In this document: in pieces, positions 16,496 through 21,588 of the stretch
Layout of the letters: the number at the start of each line of letters is the position of its first letter
How positions within the stretch are numbered: the stretch's first letter is position 1
Origin: a virus
Taxonomy: Duplodnaviria; Heunggongvirae; Uroviricota; Caudoviricetes
DNA length: 21,588 bases
Strand: one strand, 5' to 3'
Virus record (IMG/VR): IMGVR_UViG_2563366997_000002
Program-made: the position numbers and the translations under genes
Notes under the pieces: model-generated
What the model was told of the DNA's origin: nothing
Seen by the model: the letters and a program-made list of their open reading frames with translations, nothing else
Database searches by the model: none

Positions 16496-18628
16496 TTATT
16501 GCGGCAGGAGTTTAGAAATGTTCTTACGCTTAACAGGAGCCATAGCCTCATCCACGATGGCACCCGGTAATTCGTAATTGATTTTTTCTTCTGGCTCGGC
16601 TGGCGCCGGCAGGAACTTATCGGGATCGGCCTGAAGGTTAGCGGCCCGAACATTGAGTTTTAATCCCATATGTTTCAGCCCACACAACGCGGCATAGCTG
16701 TAAACGAGGCAGTCGAGTGCTTCGTTCGCCCGTCCGGGGATAGGCTCCCAGACACTGAATCGCTGACCGGCCACCACTTTATAAACCAGTCGCTCGGCCA
16801 GCAGCTGGTTGAAATAGCCGAGGTCACGATCATCCGGGAAGTGCATATAGCCCGCACCGGCAGTACCTAAAGCTGGCGGTTCAAGATGCAGACGACCACG
16901 GACAACATCTTTCGCAGAGTTCACGCCAAGTATAATTGGCCTGAAGCTGGCTTTACTTTTTGATGTCGGTCGCTTGGTTGGCCAGACGGGGTTGCGTTTC
17001 CCACCCTGCGCAGATTCGCCCTTGATAGCCCAGACGCGGCGCCCAAGGCGATCTTTGCAGAACTCATAAACCTTTTGCGTGTGGTGACCGCCGGAGTCCA
17101 TACATGCAGCCAGAATATTCAGCCCTCGCCCGTCGCCGCGTCGCCATATCTGTTTCAGGTACGCATCGAGGCGCTTCCAGGGTTCCTCAGTCTCCAGATC
17201 GCCATAAATGACGTCATGCGCAACTGACCACGATTCCTCGTCCCGCCCCCAGCCAGTGATCGTGATTTCGAATCGGTCATCCTGAGTATCGACGCCCGCA
17301 GTTAACAATGCCACGCCATCAGGAACGACGGCCGGGAAGACTTCACGGCGCGCCAGCAGGACATCAACCGGGAGCTGTTTCCCGTGGTTAGGCCGGTGCG
17401 GCAACCCCATCTGGGTGTTCCACCAGGCCTGTTCCTTATCCGGATCCCCTTTCGCATCGAGGTATTTCTTTGCAATGTCCGATGGCTTGTCTTTTTGCCA
17501 GGGACTGAAGAGTTTTGACGCCTGGTACCCGGCGTGGTGATTATCCAGCGCCTCGGCCCCGCAGTCCGGGCAAATCGCCCGGTATACGGCATGCCGTTCC
17601 GACTCTGACCAGCGCCAGACGGCATCAACACTGCCCTCGTCTCCTTCATGCCATTTCTGGTCGTATTCCATTAATGGTGAATGGCGGGAACCACAACATT
17701 CAAACGGTTTGGTCTGATGCCAGCGGATTGTCTGTAATGCCCGCAGACGCTCACCCTCTGACCAGCCAGCACCACAACATTCACAATGGATCATGGCCGC
17801 TTTGGTCAGGTGCTTATCACCTTCTTTTGGCCATTGAACATGTTTGAAGAAATCAAGGAACTGTCGGTGCCCGCAATGGGGGCAAACTACAGAGGCCCGC
17901 CGCTGATCTGAATCTTCGTAACTGTCAGCAATCCGGCTTTCATCTTCGATCGTCGGCGAACAAGCCCGCACGGACAGCCAGTTAAGGCCAAATGTGGCGG
18001 TTCGCTCTTCCGCCAGAGCGATGGGATCGCCCTCACGGGTAATCGGATATTTATCCACCTCATCTGCCAGCAGAACACGGATCGGACGGCGCGCAAGGTT
18101 ATCTGGACTACCGGCGCCGGCCAGCGCCAGAAATCCGCCGGTGAAAGCTTTATACAGAATGGTTTCTTTTGAACTCTTCTGCTTTGAGTCACCTATGATG
18201 TTACGCAGAACTGGCGTTACCCTAACCAGCGGGCTGATGCGTTCTTTGGAAAACTGCTCAGCGGCCTCTTCCTTCGGCTGCAGGAGCAAAATCGGACATG
18301 GGTCGAGGTGCGCAAAATAACCAAACAGGTTTTCCAGCAGCGCGGTTTTCATTAACTGGGTACAGCACATCACGGTGATAATGTGGACGCCCGATTCCGT
18401 CGCGGCCAGCATAGGACCGCGGGCAATTTCAACCGTTGATGTTTCCCAGTTCCCGGAGGTACTGCCAGCTTCTTTCGCCAGCTTCCGGTAGTCATCGGCC
18501 CATTGCGGGACGCTGATCCGCGGCGGCGGTGTCCACCCTTTCCGGACACTCAGTTGAAGACGCTCAATCTTCCGCTGGGTTAAACTCTGGTTCTCCGAGG
18601 ACTGAGATATGTTTGTGGACATGTTCAA
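16496..18628 (-). CDS. terminase large subunit (lambda gpA family)
   Basis: 710 aa; contains the VDTQDDRFEITITGWGRDEESW segment I recognise from gpA-type terminases; 5' end overlaps the small-subunit gene as in lambda. Confidence 0.9.
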   Translation of the reverse strand: MNMSTNISQSSENQSLTQRKIERLQLSVRKGWTPPPRISVPQWADDYRKLAKEAGSTSGNWETSTVEIARGPMLAATESGVHIITVMCCTQLMKTALLENLFGYFAHLDPCPILLLQPKEEAAEQFSKERISPLVRVTPVLRNIIGDSKQKSSKETILYKAFTGGFLALAGAGSPDNLARRPIRVLLADEVDKYPITREGDPIALAEERTATFGLNWLSVRACSPTIEDESRIADSYEDSDQRRASVVCPHCGHRQFLDFFKHVQWPKEGDKHLTKAAMIHCECCGAGWSEGERLRALQTIRWHQTKPFECCGSRHSPLMEYDQKWHEGDEGSVDAVWRWSESERHAVYRAICPDCGAEALDNHHAGYQASKLFSPWQKDKPSDIAKKYLDAKGDPDKEQAWWNTQMGLPHRPNHGKQLPVDVLLARREVFPAVVPDGVALLTAGVDTQDDRFEITITGWGRDEESWSVAHDVIYGDLETEEPWKRLDAYLKQIWRRGDGRGLNILAACMDSGGHHTQKVYEFCKDRLGRRVWAIKGESAQGGKRNPVWPTKRPTSKSKASFRPIILGVNSAKDVVRGRLHLEPPALGTAGAGYMHFPDDRDLGYFNQLLAERLVYKVVAGQRFSVWEPIPGRANEALDCLVYSYAALCGLKHMGLKLNVRAANLQADPDKFLPAPAEPEEKINYELPGAIVDEAMAPVKRKNISKLLPQ

Positions 18629-19127
18629 TCAGCACCTCTGTCATCCTGTCCGCCGGCACATTCAGATCGGCGGCTATCAGCGGTGCCACGCGTGAAGGCC
18701 AGTTCAGCCAGGCATCACGCTGCTGGCGAAAGGCGTTAAACAGAACCTCCTCGGCGATGGCCAATTCAATTGTCTGGCCGCTGTCTTTTTCATACTGGAG
18801 CTTTGCCTGCAGGGCCATGTAATTTTCACGGATCCGCGCGGCCTCTTCCCTGGAAAGGACTGCACCTTCTGTAAGCATTATCTGGCGAACGGTTTCATCA
18901 ATTTCATCGTCGCCATCATTCCGGGGTGCTGGGGCTTTTTTCTTCTTCGCGTTTGATGCCCGCGGATCTTTTCCATCACGGTTTTTCTTCAGCGCGGCAT
19001 CGCTCGCCTCAACATCAATCAGGTCGCCATCCATGACGATAAACCGACCAGCCTTGATCCATCGGCCAATAGTCTTGCGATCGACGCCTGAATGTTGCGC
19101 GTACTGACTCTGGTTCATCGTGGTCAT
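18564..19127 (-). CDS. terminase small subunit (lambda Nu1-like)
   Basis: 187 aa; N-terminal HTH-like segment (DRKTIGRWIKAGRFIV) like Nu1; immediately downstream of a repeat-rich putative cos region. Confidence 0.8.
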   Translation of the reverse strand: MTTMNQSQYAQHSGVDRKTIGRWIKAGRFIVMDGDLIDVEASDAALKKNRDGKDPRASNAKKKKAPAPRNDGDDEIDETVRQIMLTEGAVLSREEAARIRENYMALQAKLQYEKDSGQTIELAIAEEVLFNAFRQQRDAWLNWPSRVAPLIAADLNVPADRMTEVLIEHVHKHISVLGEPEFNPAED

Positions 19128-19273
19128 GGGACATCACCTGGGACATTTTTGGGGTGGGACATTTACCTGGGACATTTTTTCAATGTCCCACACGAATGTC
19201 CCACTGGAATAAATGGAATAATCCGTGCTGGCTCTGGCGTGGCTGGCGATCCCTTGGGGTGGGACATGGGACA
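19128..19273. repeat. putative cosB-like terminase-binding repeat cluster (TGGGACAT motif)
   Basis: TGGGACAT direct copies at 19139, 19155, 19168 and 19260 (plus GGGACAT at 19128), and inverted copies ATGTCCCA at 19183 and 19196, all within 150 bp upstream of the small-terminase start. Confidence 0.45.
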
Positions 19274-19374
19274 CAAAATAAAAGTTTGTAGCTAGGAAAA
19301 CACTGCGGCGCGCAATGCCCGTGCCTTACAAAAGTCTCAGGAAGGACCCAAACCCTATGGGGTAGGTATTCAGG

Positions 19375-19899
19375 TCATTTTGCCGTTCGAATCGCTTCCT
19401 CAATCGCCCTACTCAGCGCGCCGGGCATTAAGCCGGCTGCCATTGACCGTGAGCGGTTCATGTAGTCAAGCGTAGGCGTAACAGGTAGAGCATCACCAAA
19501 CCTCACCAGCAGCTTAGGAGCACGCTGTTTCCGCTTTGGTCTGCGCGTACCATTCGCTGAGCGCCGGGCTCGTTTCTTTTTCGCCTTCTTCGGTTTACGC
19601 CTCTGCCAGACAGCATCAACACCATTGACCTCACCTACGAACACATTCGGCTTCGCTTTCAACTGCGACAGCTTATTTCGCGGCATGTTGCCGTATTTGT
19701 TCAGTTTGATGTTCTTTGGATTGAGCAGCGCCTGGCTGTTCAGTTTATGTTCACCACCAAATTCAAAGGGTTCGAGATATTCAGCGGCGACATCGCGCAC
19801 AAAGACTTTTGCGCGGAGGTTGTTCTTTCTGGCGCCAGCAGAGCCCACTGAGTTGACGGTGAACGGCGTCGGCGATTCCAGTTTTCGCCCCAGTGCCAC
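19375..19899 (-). CDS. hypothetical highly basic protein (174 aa)
   Basis: Long ORF between the integrase remnant and the cos-like region, same strand as the late operon; Lys/Arg-rich tract RRKPKKAKKKRARRSANGTRRPKRKQRAPK; no Cys. No family recognised; could be spurious. Confidence 0.35.
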   Translation of the reverse strand: MALGRKLESPTPFTVNSVGSAGARKNNLRAKVFVRDVAAEYLEPFEFGGEHKLNSQALLNPKNIKLNKYGNMPRNKLSQLKAKPNVFVGEVNGVDAVWQRRKPKKAKKKRARRSANGTRRPKRKQRAPKLLVRFGDALPVTPTLDYMNRSRSMAAGLMPGALSRAIEEAIRTAK

Positions 19900-20495
19900 C
19901 TTTTGCGCTGCGGCGATATCAGCGTGGTTATGTACCAGGTAATCCGTGTGTTGGTGTCGATAAGTTTCCTAAACCCCAGCGCGACCGCTACATAACTGAT
20001 GAAGAGTACATAGCTATCTTCACTCATGCGACACCTGCAGTTAAAGCCGCGATGGAAATTGCGTATCTTTGCGCTGCAAGGGTATCTGATGTTCTTAAAA
20101 TGAACTGGAATCAGATTCTTGATAAAGGAATTTTCATACAGCAAGGTAAAACTGGTATTAAACAGATCAAAGCCTGGACTGAGCGTCTTAGTGCGGCTGT
20201 GGATATTTGCAGGGAATGGGGACAGGATGGCCCTGTTATCAGGACAATGTATGGTGAGCGTTATTCATACAAGGGATTTAATGAAGCATGGAGAAAAGCG
20301 AGAAACGCGGCTTCTGAAGAACTTGGTAGGCCACTTGATTGCACCTTCCATGATCTAAAGGCTAAAGGGATCTCAGACTATGAAGGATCTGGCAGGGATA
20401 AGCAAAAATTCAGTGGTCATAAGACAGAATCACAGGTACTTGTTTACGACAGGAAAGTTAAAATCAGCCCAACGTTGAACAAGAAAATGAGATGA
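19893..20495 (+). pseudogene. tyrosine integrase, catalytic C-terminal domain only (5'-truncated)
   Basis: 200-aa ORF with an integrase catalytic-domain pattern (HDLKAKGISD ... SGHKTESQVLVYDR with the nucleophile Tyr). The frame is closed by a stop at 19860..19862 and no upstream frame encodes an integrase N-terminal domain. Ends 112 bp from the tRNA 3' end. Confidence 0.8.
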
Positions 20496-20607
20496 TTCTT
20501 TGGCGTCGGAGCATGCTTCGGCGCTAGAATTTTTCTCAGTGGATTTTCTCAATTTTTCTCATCGGGATGCAGGTCACTGAAAGGGAATGCTGTAAGTGTT
20601 TGAATAG

Positions 20608-20697
20608 TGGCGGAGAGAGGGGGATTTGAACCCCCGGTAGAGTTGCCCCTACTCCGGTTTTCGAGACCGGTCCGTTCAGCCGCTCCGGCATCTCTCC
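20608..20697 (-). tRNA. serU: tRNA-Ser (anticodon CGA)
   Basis: The reverse complement is a 90-nt class II tRNA (GGAGAGATGCCGGAGCGGCTGAACGGACCGGTCTCGAAAACCGG...GGGGGTTCAAATCCCCCTCTCTCCGCCA) with a 7-bp acceptor stem, CGA anticodon, long variable arm and encoded CCA. Confidence 0.93.
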
Positions 20698-20790
20698 GTT
20701 CAGATGGTTGCCATGATGCCAGGAAATTTGGCATTTTAACAGTCCCTGTCCGTGCAATTTTGTTCAAGTGACGAGTTTGCGAGCAAAACG

Positions 20791-21588
20791 ATGATTAAGT
20801 GGCCCTGGAAAGTACAAGAATCAGCACATCAAACTGCCCTTCCCTGGCAGGAAGCACTATCGATCCCCCTTTTAACGGGTCTGACGGAACAGGAACAAAG
20901 CAAATTAGTCACTCTTGCCGAACGTTTTTTACAGCAAAAGCGGCTTGTTCCTTTACAGGGCTTTGAACTGGATTCATTAAGAAGCTGCCGGATAGCACTT
21001 CTATTTTGCCTACCCGTTCTGGAGTTAGGACTGGAATGGCTGGATGGTTTTCATGAAGTCTTAATTTATCCTGCGCCATTTGTGGTCGATGATGAATGGG
21101 AAGACGATATCGGTCTGGTGCATAACCAACGTATTGTTCAGTCAGGTCAGAGCTGGCAGCAAGGGCCTATCGTTTTGAACTGGTTGGATATACAAGATTC
21201 TTTTGATGCTTCTGGTTTTAACCTGATTATTCATGAAGTCGCTCATAAGCTGGACACCCGTAACGGCGATCGCGCCAGCGGAGTTCCCTTTATTCCGTTG
21301 CGTGAGGTTGCTGGCTGGGAACACGATCTTCATGCTGCAATGAACAACATTCAGGAAGAAATCGAATTGGTTGGCGAGAATGCGGCGAGCATTGATGCTT
21401 ATGCTGCCAGTGATCCTGCTGAATGTTTTGCCGTACTTTCTGAATATTTCTTTAGCGCCCCAGAACTTTTTGCTCCTCGTTTCCCTTCATTGTGGCAACG
21501 TTTCTGCCAATTTTATCAACAAGATCCTTTGCAGAGACTGCATCGCACTAATGATACAGACTCGTTTTCGGCGACGAATGTTCATTAA
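20791..21588 (+). CDS. mtfA: Mlc titration factor A (zinc-dependent peptidase family)
   Basis: 265 aa from ATG at 20791 ([23 protein letters not shown]...); the ORF track starts at 20752 on an upstream in-frame codon. HEVAH zinc-binding motif present; the stop codon is the last 3 bases of the window. Confidence 0.9.
   Translation: MIKWPWKVQESAHQTALPWQEALSIPLLTGLTEQEQSKLVTLAERFLQQKRLVPLQGFELDSLRSCRIALLFCLPVLELGLEWLDGFHEVLIYPAPFVVDDEWEDDIGLVHNQRIVQSGQSWQQGPIVLNWLDIQDSFDASGFNLIIHEVAHKLDTRNGDRASGVPFIPLREVAGWEHDLHAAMNNIQEEIELVGENAASIDAYAASDPAECFAVLSEYFFSAPELFAPRFPSLWQRFCQFYQQDPLQRLHRTNDTDSFSATNVH

Noticed and set aside
19128-19273. TGGGACAT repeat cluster considered as a CRISPR array or tandem satellite.
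   Set aside because: Units are 8 bp with irregular 13-16-bp spacing and mixed orientation, and no repeat-spacer periodicity; position upstream of the terminase favours a protein-binding site cluster.
20698-20760. Candidate promoter for the tRNA-Ser gene (TTGCAC / TAAAAT) on the minus strand.
   Set aside because: The spacer between candidate -35 and -10 elements is 13 bp, which is non-canonical; not reported as a feature.

Overview
This window is a mosaic accessory region sitting next to a host tRNA-Ser(CGA) gene (20608..20697, minus) and mtfA (20791..21588). Its core is a heavily degraded prophage on the minus strand with a lambda-like packaging/head module (small and large terminase, gpW-like, portal, S49 protease, acidic scaffold-like protein, decoration protein) joined directly to a Mu-like baseplate/tail-fibre module (hub, spike, gp46-, gp47/J-, gp48-like, Gly-rich fibre). 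No major capsid, sheath, tube, tape-measure, lysis or early genes are present, and the integrase next to the tRNA has only its catalytic C-terminal domain, so the element looks defective. An AT-rich cassette on the opposite strand (small HTH-like protein plus acyltransferase-3 membrane protein) sits between the fibre gene and a large tail-region protein carrying an SGNH/SASA-type esterase domain. Further left are two DNA-invertase C-terminal remnants, a tyrosine-recombinase-like gene split by a complete IS4 (1420..2845, 11-bp target duplication), and a LexA-box-controlled two-gene operon ending in a UmuD-like protein. All calls rest on reading the translations and motifs by eye; no database search was run, so family assignments are recognitions, not measured hits.
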